Notes under the pieces: model-generated | The model's database searches: none | Told to the model about the DNA's origin: nothing | Seen by the model: only the letters and a program-made list of their open reading frames with translations | Origin: Eledone cirrhosa | Taxonomy: Eukaryota | Length of the DNA stretch: 64,000 nucleotides | Assembly (NCBI GenBank): GCA_964016885.1 | Contig: OZ024741.1 | Location: forward strand, 194,432,001-194,496,000 | Direction of reading: 5' to 3' | Position numbers and translations under genes: made by a program | In this document: positions 49,601 to 62,830 of the stretch, one piece after another | How the letters are laid out: the number at the start of each line of letters is the position of its first letter | How positions within the stretch are numbered: position 1 is the stretch's first letter

Positions 49601-51603
49601 GGGCCTTCGGAGATAGTTGCTGAGATGTTGAAGGCATCTGGTATGGTGGGACACACTATGGTCACTCGTATAGTTAACCAACTAATACAGAATGGGATCT
49701 TACCAAAAGACTGGCGTAGCATCATCATCATTAACTGCTACAAGGGTAAAGGGGATTCTCTATATAGAGGAAAGTACAGAGGCATTAAGTTAGTTGACCA
49801 GGTCGTGAAGGTCACAGAAAGAGTTTTAGCACAACTAATCAGAGAGCGAATTGATCTAGATGAAATGCAGTTTGGGTTTATGTCAGGTAAAAGTACCACA
49901 GACGCTCTTTTCCTTGTACGACAACTACAAGAGAAGTACCTAGCTAAAAGTAAACCCCTCTACTTAGCTTTTGTAGACCTGGAAAAAGCCTTTGACAGTC
50001 CCCTGCTCCATTATCTGGTGGGCTCTCACAAAACTAGGTGTAGATGAATGGCTTGTGAGAGCTATACAAGCCATGTATAATGAAACAGTCAGCAAGGTTA
50101 GAATTAACAATGAACATTGTGAAGAATTTAGTGTAAAAGTTGGTGTTCCTCAGTGCTCCGTCCTTAGCCCCCTCCTATTTATTATTGCCCTTCAGGCTAT
50201 AACAGAGGAGTTCAAGACAGGCTGTCCATGGGAACTCCTATACGCAGATGATCTAACGCTCATAGCTGAATCAATGGCTGAACTAGAAAAGAAATTCCAA
50301 ACATGGAGGCATGGCCTAGAATCAAAAGGCCTTAAAATTAACTTGTCTAAGACTAAAGTCCTAGTTTGTAGAAAGGAAAATAAGGCACAGGTCCCCTCAG
50401 GGAAATGGCTTTGTTCAGTGTGTAGGAAAGGAGTAGGCAGAAATTTAATTTTATGTCCCAAATGCAAAGTATGGGTACATAAAAGATGTAGTGGGATCAC
50501 AGGTAAACTATCTAAGAACGTAGACTTTATATGTGGCCAATGCTCAGGTGCAATAGGTAGTAAGTGTCCACAGGATACTAGCCCCTTCTATTGCCCAGAT
50601 GGTTCTATAGAAATAGTAGACACTTTCCGTTACCTGGGTGACAAAATCAGCAGTGGTGGAGGGTGTTCTGAAAGTACAGTAGCCAGAGTCAGAACGGGAT
50701 GGATAAAGTTCAGAGAGTTTATACTGCTGTTGGCCACAAAAGGTTTCTCTCTAAAAATGAAAGGCAGATTGTATGATGCTTGTATACGAACAGCAATGCT
50801 ACATGGCAGTGAGACATGGGCATTGCGTGCAGAGGACCTGTGCAGACTGGAAAGGAACGAAGCATGCATGCTCCGTTGGATGTGTAATAGTAATATACGT
50901 GAATGGCAAAGTATAAATGAACTGAAAAATTAGGAATAAGAGGGATCAGATGCTGTTTACTCGAGAGAAGAGCACATTGGTATGGCCACGTGATGCGCAT
51001 GAAAGGCGACAGCTGTATAAAAACGTGCAGGGCGATCAAAATTGATGGTAGTTACGGAGTAGGTAAACCCAGAAAAACCTGGGATGATCTGATAAATTCT
51101 GACCTTACACACTTGCACCTCTCTAAGACAATGTCACTGGACCGAGATCTTTGGCGCTATGCAGTAATACAGAAGACCCACCTTGCCTATGTACAAAGCA
51201 AAACCTACAGTCAGTAGGCACCTCTTAACCAAATATACACCCCAATCCACTACCCCTACCCTATCCTCCCACCAACGCCACCCTCTCTCTGTAAAGTTGG
51301 TACCACAACATCCAGTCCAAATAAATGAGATAATGAGATCGAGATCGTGTAGTTGTCATGAAAAAAAACACAGTCCACGGTGTAATGTGGCCGTGTAGGT
51401 AACACGGTAAAAAGTTCCCAGTTCCACACTGTAAACGTGGTTGGTGTTAGGAAGGGCATCCAGCCGTAGAAAACCTGCCAGATAGTCCTATATGAGTGAG
51501 ACACGGTCACCCAACCAACCTTGCCTCAAGTGGGACAACTCCCGTCTAACTCATGCTAGCGTGGAAAATGGACGTTAAACGAAGATGATGATGATGATGA
51601 TGA
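49601..51603 (+). mobile_element. 5'-truncated RTE-clade LINE, related subfamily
   Basis: Same RT motifs (ORF 49992-50933), frameshifts, (GAT)n tail. Confidence 0.95.
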
Positions 51604-51671
51604 TATATATATGTATATATATACATATATATATGTATATATATACATATATATATATATGTATATATATA

Positions 51672-52000
51672 CATGGCTTAGTGGTTAGAGCATTGGCCTT
51701 GCAATCGAAAGGTTGTGAGTTCAATTCTCAGACCGGGTGATGTGTTGTTTCCTTGAGCAAGACACTTTATTTCACATTGCTCCAGTTTACTCAGCTGTAG
51801 AAATAAGATGATAGGGACTGGGGTCCCTATTATTCCACTGCAAAGTGGTCGTGGAGGTGCCACGGAAAAAAAGCTCCCAGCACTCACTGTAAATGAGGTT
51901 GGTGTTAGGAAGGGCATCCAGCTGTAGAAATCAAGCCAGAATCAGTTCCCGTCCCACCCTTGCAAGCAGGGAAAAGTGGACGTAAAATGATGATGATGAT
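51672..52000 (+). mobile_element. Second copy of the same tRNA/CORE/RTE-tail SINE
   Basis: Head and tail near-identical to 501-868. Confidence 0.85.
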
Positions 52001-53060
52001 ATATGGTATGGTCCCTTAACTCTTAATGGAGATGAAGAGGCACAGTAGTGGCATACAGCATTTCTTGGGCATTTAAAGCCTGGTGTAGCCCATCCCTCTC
52101 TTGAATACAGAAGATTTCTTCAAGATAAGGATAGAAAGTGAGAGAATGGAAGTGAGAAAGAAATAAAGAGAATAATCAACCCCAGTGCGAGACTGGTACT
52201 TTTTTTTATTAACCCCAAAAGAATGAAAGGTGAAATTTTATATATAAGAAACAAAAGCAAGGGAAAAGAATTAAAAAAAGAAAATGATTTATATCACTTC
52301 AGTCAACTTTAGTTAGCCTTTTGTAAAGGATTTACAAAAGGATTGTACTTGATTTACTAAATTACTAAACCCCTTTCACCTCTACTTGCAAAATCTCATT
52401 ACTAAAGAAATTATTATTGTTGTTGTCATAGTAACGGGCTGGAAGTGGTGGTGGAGTAAATAGAAATTTCTTGTGTGAACTATTTTAATTTATATATTTT
52501 TACTGACCTCGGCACCTCAAGTCCATACATTCACCTCTCCCTCCCCCCTCTCTCTCTCTCTGCAGTCATACTTTGTTATCTTTAAATTATTCCACCTTGG
52601 TTCAGTGTTTTGTTAGATTCACAACCACCTGGAATAGCTGATTTAATGATCAGATTTACACCACGACCACGGCTTTAACCTCCATATCTCCACCATGATT
52701 ATCACCTCCCCCACCGCTGCACTCTATTATCACCATCACTACCCCAGTATCTCTACTACCACCCAACCACTATCACCTTTCACCACTATCTCTACCATGA
52801 CCAATGCCACCACTGACCCACTACTATCACTATCATCACCAGTACTAGCTCCACTGCCACCAGCACTAACTCCACTAATTACAACTAACTCCACTAATTA
52901 CAACTAACTCCACTAATTACAACTAACTCTACTCCATCAACTATGTCCACTCCATCAACTATGTCCACTCCATCAACTATGTCCACTCCACCACTGTCAC
53001 CCCTCACTATCTACACCACTACAACCATTATCTCTATCACCATCTTTACATGTATTATAC

Positions 53061-54491
53061 CAGAGGTTCTCAAAGTGGGCATTACTGTCCCCTCCACCAG
53101 GGGTATGGAAGGGTGGGCTTCAGAAGGTCCAAGGGGAAGTAAAGGGGTGGAAATAGAGAAAAAGGGGGAATTGGGAGGGTAGGAGAGGCTGTAAGTGTCA
53201 TTCTGCCCATGCAAATGATGCCCTTATGTGTGAAAACTGGTCTCAGAGTTCTTTCTTCTACTTAACATTTTACCCAGGGCCCAATTCATCCAAATTACAG
53301 AGCATGGAGATCTCAAATTTATTCTCAGTACAATTCAGCCTGAGATTGAGAGGCTACTTTCACTTCACCAAACTCATCCTTCTCATTGAACCCCCTCCCT
53401 AAAAACCTATCTGGATGGGCTGTTTTAGTGGTCTACTATTGATTTCTCCAATATTCGTTGTAAATTTGTGCATTATTTTATTGAATAAAAATACATTTGC
53501 ATATGTTTTTGGTCATGGAATGGGGGATGTTATGAATTTATTATTTATAATATTATTATAGTATTCTATACATATAATATAATAGTATATTAAATATCAA
53601 ATGATACATATTATATATAGATATAGTAAAATAAAAAAAATATATTATATTATCTCTCTCTATATAAAATTCTTTGTCTCTGTCTGTTCCTATGCATTCT
53701 CAAATGGCTGGATCAAATCAAATTTTACAAGTAATTTTTATTTTCATTTGGATTAAAACAATATAATATTTTATCTAAAATAACCTTTCTATAGTGAACT
53801 ACAGTAAACCACCACCACCACGTCACATTTTGTATATGAATGTGTATGTCTGTGTGTGATAATCTTTATTTTCATTTGGTTTAAAACAATAGAAAGCAAC
53901 ACAATGTCATATTTTGTATATGAATAAGTATGTGTTTGTGAGTGTGTGTGCGTGTTCATTAGGTACATTATTAAATACACATCTACTTATACATATGTAG
54001 TGACTGTAAAAAAAATAAGGTGAAAAGCTATGCGTGAATGTATGTCTGTGTGTGTCTGTCTTAGTATATGTATGTGAGAGTATATGTGTGTGAGTGTGTA
54101 GCAACAATTTATTCATTTGGACACCATCAAAAAATTACACAATGAATATTGTTTACCCTAAGGTGCTTCAAGATTGACATATTTTCATTTCTAAATTCTG
54201 TTATCATTACAATTTTGATATTTTTTTAATAAAATATAGATATTTTGAAATAATTATGAGAAAAAAAAACATATCTTCATATTTATTGTTTACTAATCTG
54301 AATAAGAACAGCAGTAACTCGAGCAACGCCAAGTAATTCAGCTAGCTTATATATAAATTGATTATTTTATTTATTATATATTATTTACAATTTGCATGTA
54401 AGCAGGTGTCTCTAGAAATAGGGATGGGGGCACTGAGGATATTACGTGGTTGTGAGGGGGAGCGGTGGCCCCAAAAGTTTGAGAACCTCTG
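53061..54491 (+). mobile_element. Non-autonomous hAT (Charlie-like) DNA transposon
   Basis: TIRs CAGAGGTTCTCAAA / TTTGAGAACCTCTG, perfect 8-bp TSD TATTATAC, transposase C-terminal remnant GDLKFILSTIQPEIERLLSLHQTHPSH*. Confidence 0.92.
53653..54345 (+). mobile_element. Non-autonomous Helitron nested in the hAT element
   Basis: 5' A|TCTCTCTCTATATAAAA...GTCTGTT; 3' CTCGAGCAACGCCAAG (decayed hairpin) followed by CTAG. Confidence 0.65.
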
Positions 54492-54779
54492 TATTATACC
54501 ATTAAACCAATGCTTGCCTTCTGAACAATATCAGCCACACTACCATTTTTAGGAAAGAATGATATAGTTGCTATAGGGTCTGCTCTATCAGAGCTGACCT
54601 GGGAATACGCAACTACAACATTTTAATACTCCCTCCCCTTCTTTCCTGTTAAAACCAAAGTAAATAGAACCTTTTTAAGGTTTTAGAAAGCAATAATAGC
54701 AATTTATTTTATAATAAAAGAAATTCACAGCTCATCAATGTTTGACTATTAAAGGAAAAGTAAGAAGGAAAAAAATTGG

Positions 54780-55115
54780 TATATCTTAGCTATGTCCTGC
54801 TGACAAAATGGCAAAGGCATTGCCATGAAGAACAGCTGATGACACCTGCTGCATCAACCACTCTACCTGAAGGGCTCTTTCTTCGGGTGTGATACACTTC
54901 TAATTTTGTGGAAGAAAATAGCAGTAGCAGTTAGGGGACCAAGGATATCTGAAATCAGGACAGTGACCGGTTTGAAATGGAAACAGTTGGTCAAGTCCCG
55001 GTATTTATCTATCTTCCTTTCTTCTGCATTACAGATGATGATGTCTGGGTTTGTGATCGAAACAAGGGTGGCAGTGAGAAACGTGTTGCAATACATAGCA
55101 CCCCAGATTAGATAT
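54780..55115 (-). mobile_element. 3' RLE fragment of a CRE-like element
   Basis: LIWGA...AEERKIDKYRDL...FHFKPV...GP. Confidence 0.7.
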
Positions 55116-55218
55116 TTAAATAGAAAAAACAATGATGATTATTTCACATGCGTACACACACTTAAATATAGCAATAGTTAGAAGTAACTTATAAAAAGAA
55201 TGAAGATGTCAACATCTA

Positions 55219-55966
55219 CCGTATATACTCAAATATAAGCCAATCAGAATATAAGCTGACCTTTCCCTCCTATTTTATGTCTGAGAAATAGGCAAAAATC
55301 CAAACCCCATTTATAAGCTGAGGCAGCTTAATCAACACGTTATATTGATATGGTGTGGATTTGAACTTCATAAATATATTCTCCACTTATGAGAATATAT
55401 TTATGAAGTTTTAATATTTTGAGTGTAGTTCTTGTATCACAATTCCTTACATAATTATTTTTTACCATTTCATCCATTTTATGAAGTTTCAACAAGTTTC
55501 TCGAATTTTTGTTTACTTCTGGCCACTCACATGTTGGGAGTACTTTGAAAACAAGATCGATTAAGAGAACTTTGTGTAGGGGTTCATTGAGTAGAAAAGG
55601 GAGCAAAATACAGCAAGCGAGAAAGAGGAGAGGCAAAGTGTGAGAGCAATAAAACACAAATCAGAAGTAAGATTAAAATCTTACATAAGATTGAAAGAAA
55701 CAGTATTATTAAATCAGAGAAATGCATTGTATGTGGGATATTTATGTATTAAAATGTTCAAATTATAAAAATTTGTTGGAAATATTTTCAAGAGAATGCA
55801 TAAATAACACTAATGATGTAGTAGTAAACGTAGAAAAGGAGTGTTTCATTGAAAAATCACTCCAGATATTTTTGCACCTTATTTACTTAGAATTTAAAGT
55901 TGGTGAAAGTCAGCTACATATTGACTTTGAATATAAGCACCTCCCACCCCCGCTCCATTTTACCAT

Positions 55967-55998
<32 letters not shown>

Positions 55999-56036
55999 GG
56001 GGTCATATTTCTTGGCTTACATACGAGTATATATGG
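55219..56036. mobile_element. Tc1/mariner-pogo-type MITE
   Basis: TA|CCGTATATACTCAAATATAAGCCAA ... TTGGCTTACATACGAGTATATATGG imperfect TIRs. Confidence 0.7.
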
Positions 56037-59000
56037 TGTGTGTGGGTGTATATATATATATCTAGCAATAATTTGAATTCTTGTTTTGATGTTAGCAAAT
56101 GAGCATTATGTTGCCCAGAGGTCAGCGTGTGTGGTCACATGCTGACCTCTGGGCAACATAATGCTCATTTTCTTTCGTTTCAATATTGGCCATCACCCTG
56201 TCTGGAGAAATATCCAACTAGGGATCATTGGCAGTTTATTTGAGATATCTAGCTTGATCATAGACATTCTGCTCTTGTCTCTTAAAAGAAATACCACAAA
56301 TAGTTTGTTCCACCAAGCAGGGAGATGTAGTTCTTAACCAAATACTCCAGCCCTCTCAATAAGGGCCAACTAGCTCTATTTCCATTGGCACTTCGATAAG
56401 ATTTGTCCATACACAACTGTAAATATAATCTTTAGAACTTTTGCACACATGCATACACAACTACAACTCAGCCTCGTTTTCTATATTGTCAATAGTCTCG
56501 TAGCAGGTTATTAAATTAAAAAATATATTTCAGTAGCAATTTGGTTTTTATTTCATTACTTATGTTATCAGGGTAAATCACTTACCCAAGGAATCATCAC
56601 ATCAGCATCATCATAATGAATACTGTAGCTCACTTGCACATCCACAATCTCTGGTCACACATCAATCTTCTTTCGCCTATACACTACACAACAGTGACCA
56701 TATCACAAAGCAATCCACAAGTGAACAACAAACCACAATACCAACTAGCATCATCAATTCTTCACACACTACAACTAAATAATCTTTTTTGCCACATGCA
56801 CACACACACCTATATATACAATAAGTTGTTCAAATCTCCTTGAAATCACAGACAACAATCTTAAGAAAGGAAGGTCATATTAGACAACGAAGTCACACAC
56901 ATACTCATGTATGCAAGCATGCACACACAACACTCACTCACACACTTAGATATTTATTATAGCTAACCAGCAAGCTAGCTAGATACATACATAGATAGAG
57001 GTGGGGTGGGTATGTAGATAGGTAAGTATATAGATAGGTTGATAGGTAGATAAATAGGTAGGTTGATAGATAGATAGATAAACAAAATGGATAGGATGGT
57101 CACAGCTGAAACATCTTTGATCATTGCTCTGCTCAATTATGCTAACCTGGGGCTAGACAACACGTCAACTGATTAACATGGTTGTTAGCACAATTGTGTC
57201 CTTAAAATGTAATTTTTCTACATCAATATTCTGTTTTATTCATTGTAGTGAGAGGCCTTAGAGCTAATAACATGTTTCAACTCACTTCATCTGTAAGATG
57301 CCTGTGTTAAATAAAGCAATCTCCAAATTTCAAGTACTACACACTCATTTGACTAAACACAATTATATACTCGAGGAGTACACATTCTTTGTTTACTGAT
57401 ACATTTTATACACACTCTCGAGTGCTTGGCTTGTACAAACATGGTACATACAAACACACACAAAGCTGGTCCTTGGCCAATGTAAATAGATCTTCAATAG
57501 CTGTTTCATTAATTTAAATAGAAAGGGGCCATAAAACTAAGGGATGGAACATTTTAGAATAACATTGATAAATCCCACTTCAATTGTTCCCAAATGTGTG
57601 TATATTTGTCACACTGTGTATTCATTGCAGAATATGTGTATATTTGTCATATAATGTGTGTCTATTCATCACATATGTGTATATTCATTACACAATGTGT
57701 ATGTGTGTGCGTATGTAACAGTCAATTTCATTCACTTGAATTTTACTTTGATTTTAGCCTGAGGCAGTGGACACCTTACTTCCAGTGTCTCCATATCCTC
57801 ATATTAAAACATTTATCTGCCCCATTATGAGACCTTACTACCATGTAGTACAAATATATCTAAAGATACAGTTTTCAGTTGATACAACAGCTCCTGTAAT
57901 AAATAAGTATATACATATTTTCATTTACCTTTATTAAGTAAAACCTCTCAAATCTTGTTGTTGAGCCCCCAGACCAGCCCCAATCAAGAGCAGACCTATA
58001 ATTAAACTGTGAAACTGAAATTTCAGCATGCTTCAGATGTGGAAAGCTAGCCAGCAACCGACATCTTAATCAGCCCGACTGAATGTCCACCCCAATACTG
58101 CCCACTTGAGAATATGACCTCACAAACCCTAAACCCATTACCATGAACTGGGGTATGTCACATGATTGCTTTCTTACTGGATCTGCATCCACTTGAGAGT
58201 GTGAACCTCACACTCTAATTCCACTGCCATCAACTGGTTGCAGTGCCTGGTGGATGTCACCTGATTGCTGTCTTATATGAAAGAAGAAGAAGATTGTACT
58301 CCAGCCATGACTATCATGTACTTTATTAAGATAATTAAATGTAGTGAGTGACCATAGGCTACAGTGTTGGCAACTGAAAGGAGACAATATAGAGTGTGTC
58401 TGGATGAGCATATAAGAAGCCCTCCAGAGTTATTGCCATGATAGAATATGTCTTAGATGCCACTGTGGTGAATAAAAGATGGGATGGTCATAACTGGAAT
58501 ATCCTTTTGATCATGGATCCAATGGCCAGGTTGACCTGCTTATAAAAATAGATTAGATCTACAATGTCTGGAGCACACACACACACACATACAGAGTATC
58601 AGCAAGGGCGTCTTTGTCCTGTCACCTGTTAGAAATAACTACCATATTTCTACTCACCCTCACCCTTCCGTTTTAAAAATGAAGGCCACATTGTATAGCT
58701 ACATTGTCTGAGTAATATATCAATAAAAAAACTGGTAATCATAACTGGAATGTCTTTGACAGTAGATAGGTTGTTCTGAATGAAACTACCCTTGGACTAA
58801 ACAACAACAATCTTTGGTATCATAGCTTCTAGAATTGATCATAGGGGAGTAGGGGTGGGATTTAGTCATGACTAATGTTTCTTGTATTGTGAAGTGTGTT
58901 GTAACAACAAAAACTGTTGACCCAACCACCAACAACAACAAACTGTTACTGCCACCCACAACAACAACAATATCACCATTACTATTACTACCACCTCCAC

Positions 59001-59189
59001 CATCGACAGCAACAAAACATGTTCACCTTTCTCAGCTGTGCAAGAAATATCCAAAGGAAACAAGTTCAGACTTAAAATTTAAACAGGTTGTCAAACTGAC
59101 ATTAACACAACCATTAGTCACATGCACAATTCTTCTTTTATACATCTCTAACTGGCGCTATGACAAAGTTCCTCCTCCATCTCTCCCTG

Positions 59190-60055
59190 TCCAGCATTAC
59201 CCTCTGAATTTCCCCTGTGTCATCTTGAAGAACATCCATCATTGTCATGGTTGGTCTCCCAATTTGTCTGCATACATCAGGTTTCCAGAAAAGAACTCTG
59301 CCAGCAGGTATATTGTCACACTTAACATGTCCAGCTAATGCAAGCCTCCTGTGCCTTATGATGTCAGAAAGGCGAAGGTGTGAACCATAGAGCGATTTAT
59401 TTGCTACATGTGTTTTCTAGGATATGTTATGGGCCTTTCTCAGTATTTGTGAGAATGTGCCATTAATCCTCTGTGAATATTTTTGTCAGTGTCCATGACT
59501 CGCATCCATAGAGGAGAATGGACTCAACCGTTGCTTTGAATACCTTCATTTTCAATCAGAGATACCCACACCTTCAATAGGGAGTTGAGAGTCCCCTCCT
59601 TGCCTACCCACTTCTTCAATCTCCAAACCGTCTGTCACATGCATTTGTTTATTTGATGTTGAATTGAGATGCATGAATTTTGTTTTGTCAGCATTGAAGA
59701 AGAGTCCAATGGACTGTGCTGCAGTCTCCACTCTGTGTAGCATGCTCTCAGCTTCTTTGCAGGTGTTTTCCATTAGAACTGTGTCATTTGCGTAAGCCAA
59801 TTCAGATAGATCCTTCTCCAGATGTCGGCTACTGTGTCATCTTTTCAGCATTATCCCATCTGATGATATAATGGTATTATACACTGCATAATCAAGACAC
59901 ATCACAAAAAGTAAAGGGGCCAGAGGATCTCCCTGGAAGACTCTGGTATCAATGGAGAATAAATCTGAGTTTCTTTCAGGTGTCATTATAAGTTCTGAAG
60001 TATTCTCATATATGACTTTAACTGCAATCACCATCTAATGAGGTATCTTATACAT
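59190..60055 (-). mobile_element. Degenerate LINE RT fragment
   Basis: VFQGDPLAPLLF, LAYANDT, NADKTKFM, VESILLYGCESW. Confidence 0.8.
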
Positions 60056-60089
60056 TTGGTTTCAGGCTTGCATGGGTGAGTCATCCCTG

Positions 60090-60650
60090 TTATGACACAA
60101 GTCTGGTCAGTTGGCCGTGCCATACCTTGCTCAAATGGAACTGTATTTTGGCTGGTGGGGGGTGGGGTGGGGGTGGGGGTTCAGCCGGATGCCCTTCCTA
60201 ACACCACCCACGTTTATAGTGTAGAACTTAGTGGCATTGTTATGAGACAGGCCTGACCAGTTGGCCACGTCGTACCTTCCTCATAATGAGGCTGCGTTTA
60301 GGCTGGGTTTTTACGGCTGCTGGATGCCCTTCTTAACACCAACCATGTTTACAGTTTGGAACTGGGTGGCCCCATTATGAGATAAATCTGACCAGTTGGA
60401 TGCACTATACCCTGCTGTTAGTGGAACTGTATTTTGGGAGCTGGGTGGTCCCATCATGAGGGAGCTCTGACCAGTTGGTCGCACCATACCTTGCTCATAA
60501 CGGGACTGTGTTTTAGTTGGGTTTTTACAGCTGCTGGAGGCCCTTCCTAACATCAACCGCATTTACAGTGTGGAACTAGGTGGTCCTGTTATGAAGCAAG
60601 TCTGGCCAGTTGGCTGTGCTGTACCTTGCTCACAATGAGACTGTGTTTAG
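60090..60650 (-). repeat. Tandemly amplified RTE/SINE tail sequence (~4 units)
   Basis: Repeated GGATGCCCTTCCTAACACCAACC...TTTACAGTGTGGAACT. Confidence 0.7.
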
Positions 60651-61249
60651 GTGTATATATATAAACATTAATGACCGTGATATATATATATCTTTATTAT
60701 ATATATCTTTATTATATATAGAAATGACTTCTACAGGACTAGAACTGTTTCATTCATATGAAATCATCAGGAATGTCCTGATTCATAGTCATGTAGAAGT
60801 CATTTCTATATATAATAAAGATATCTATACTCTACCAATGTATTGAGTACCTTTTTTAACTGTAGAAACCCACCCCTCTCAACACAACTCAGGGAATCTA
60901 CTTATATATATATACACACACATCCTAACAGGTTGTCAAACTGTCACCAACACAATTGGTGACAGTGTTTCTGGTAATAGCTTTGTATAACAGTCACACA
61001 CACACTTGTACACATATCTGCACATACACACACTCACAATCCTACCCATGCACATGCACATGTACACATGCATGTATACCCACCCACACAAAACACCAGA
61101 CAAAAAGTTTCAGTAGGTCAAAATAGATGACTATCTTGTAATTTTCCTACTTCCTATATTACCTACAGCTATATCATCATCATTGTCTATTTGCTAAATT
61201 CATTCAAAACATCAAAAATTTCCCTTCAAAAGGGAGATGGGTGTAATTA

Positions 61250-62160
61250 CACTTTACATGGTGTACTGGGTGTATTTTATCATGGCACTAACACTTTACA
61301 TGGCGTACTGGGTGCATTTTATCATGGCACTAACATTTTACATGGCGTACTGGGTGCATTTTATCATGGCACGAACATTTTACATGGCGTACTGGGTGAA
61401 TTTTATCATGGCACTAACACTTTACATGGTGTACTGGGTGCATTTTATCATGGCACTAACACTTTACATGGTGTACTTGGTGCCTTTTATCATGGCACTA
61501 ACGCTTTACATTGTGTACTGGGTGCATTTTATCATGGCACTAACACTTTACATGGTGTACTGGGTGCATTTTATCATGGCACTAACACTTTACATGGTGT
61601 ACTGGGTGCATTTTATCATGGCACTAACACTTTACATGGCGTACTGGGTGCATTTTATCATGGCACTAACACTTTACATGGTGTACTGGGTGCATTTTAT
61701 CATGGCACTAACACTTTACATGGTGTACTGGGTGCATTTTATCATGGCACTAACACTTTACATGGTGTACTGGGTGCATTTTATCATGGCACTAACACTT
61801 TACATGGTGTACTGGGTGCATTTTATCATGGCGTACTGGGTGAATTTTATCATGGCACTAACACTTTACATGGTGTACTGGATGCATTTTATCATGGCAC
61901 TAACACTTTACATGGTGTACTTGGTGCATTTTATCATGGCACTAACACTTTACATGGTGTACTGGGTGCATTTTATCATGGCACTAACACTTTACATGGC
62001 GTACTGGGTGCATTTTATCATGGCACTAACACTTTACATGGTGTACTGGGTGCATTTTATCATGGCACTAACACTTTACATGGTGTACTGGGTGCATTTT
62101 ATCATGGCACTAACACTTTACATGGTGTACTGGGTGCATTTTATCATGGCACCAACACTA
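61250..62160. repeat. 42-bp minisatellite, ~21 copies
   Basis: Unit ACTTTACATGGTGTACTGGGTGCATTTTATCATGGCACTAAC. Confidence 0.97.
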
Positions 62161-62324
62161 GTGAAGATGACACTTGCTTGACCAGTCTAAAGAGTCTTCT
62201 CAAATCCTATATTATCTCAGTTTCATTGCCAAACACTGTAGTCCCTGATTTTTTCCCCATGTTTGTATTGGTGGACATGGAGAGAGGGGTTAGTGTTAGT
62301 TTGTAGATTTATAGGTATATACAT

Positions 62325-62830
62325 AACTTTCTAAAATTAGCACAAGGCTAGCAATTTGAGGGACACGGGAAGTTGATTATATCAAGCACAGTACTTGGCT
62401 GGTGTTTTATTTTATAGACCCTGGAAGGATGAAAGGCAATGTTAATCTCAGCAGGATTTGAACTCGGGACATAAAGAGCTGTAAATGCAACAAAGCATTT
62501 TGTCCAATACCCTAACAATTTTACCAATTCATCATCCTCTATAGATATATAAATAACAACACACATATACTGATGAAGTGCCATCATTCATGTAATAGAG
62601 TAGTTTTTATTATATGTATCTTGGTGAAGGCGATGGACTGTTAGAGCATCAAACAAAATGCTTTGTGATATTTAACAATGGATCTTTATATTCTGAGTTC
62701 AAATTCCACCAACGCCAACTTTGCTTTTCATCCTTCCTAGGTTTGATAAAATAAAGTACCAGTCAAGTACTGGGGTCAGTGTAATTGACTGTCCACCTCC
62801 ACTGGCCTTGTACCTAAAATTCAATATAAT
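62325..62830. mobile_element. Head-to-head inverted pair of SINE family 2 copies
   Basis: Minus copy ~62325-62540 and plus copy ~62620-62830. Confidence 0.75.

Noticed and set aside
45450-50047. 200-1094-aa Y/I/M/C/V ORFs
   Set aside because: (TA)/(TG) microsatellite read-through; only the last ~150 aa of 46763-50047 is real, and it is RTE RT.
61191-62306. 371-aa ORF of 14-aa repeats HGVLGAFYHGTNTL
   Set aside because: 42-bp satellite derived from a LINE 3' UTR; open by chance of unit length, with no ATG start or splice context.
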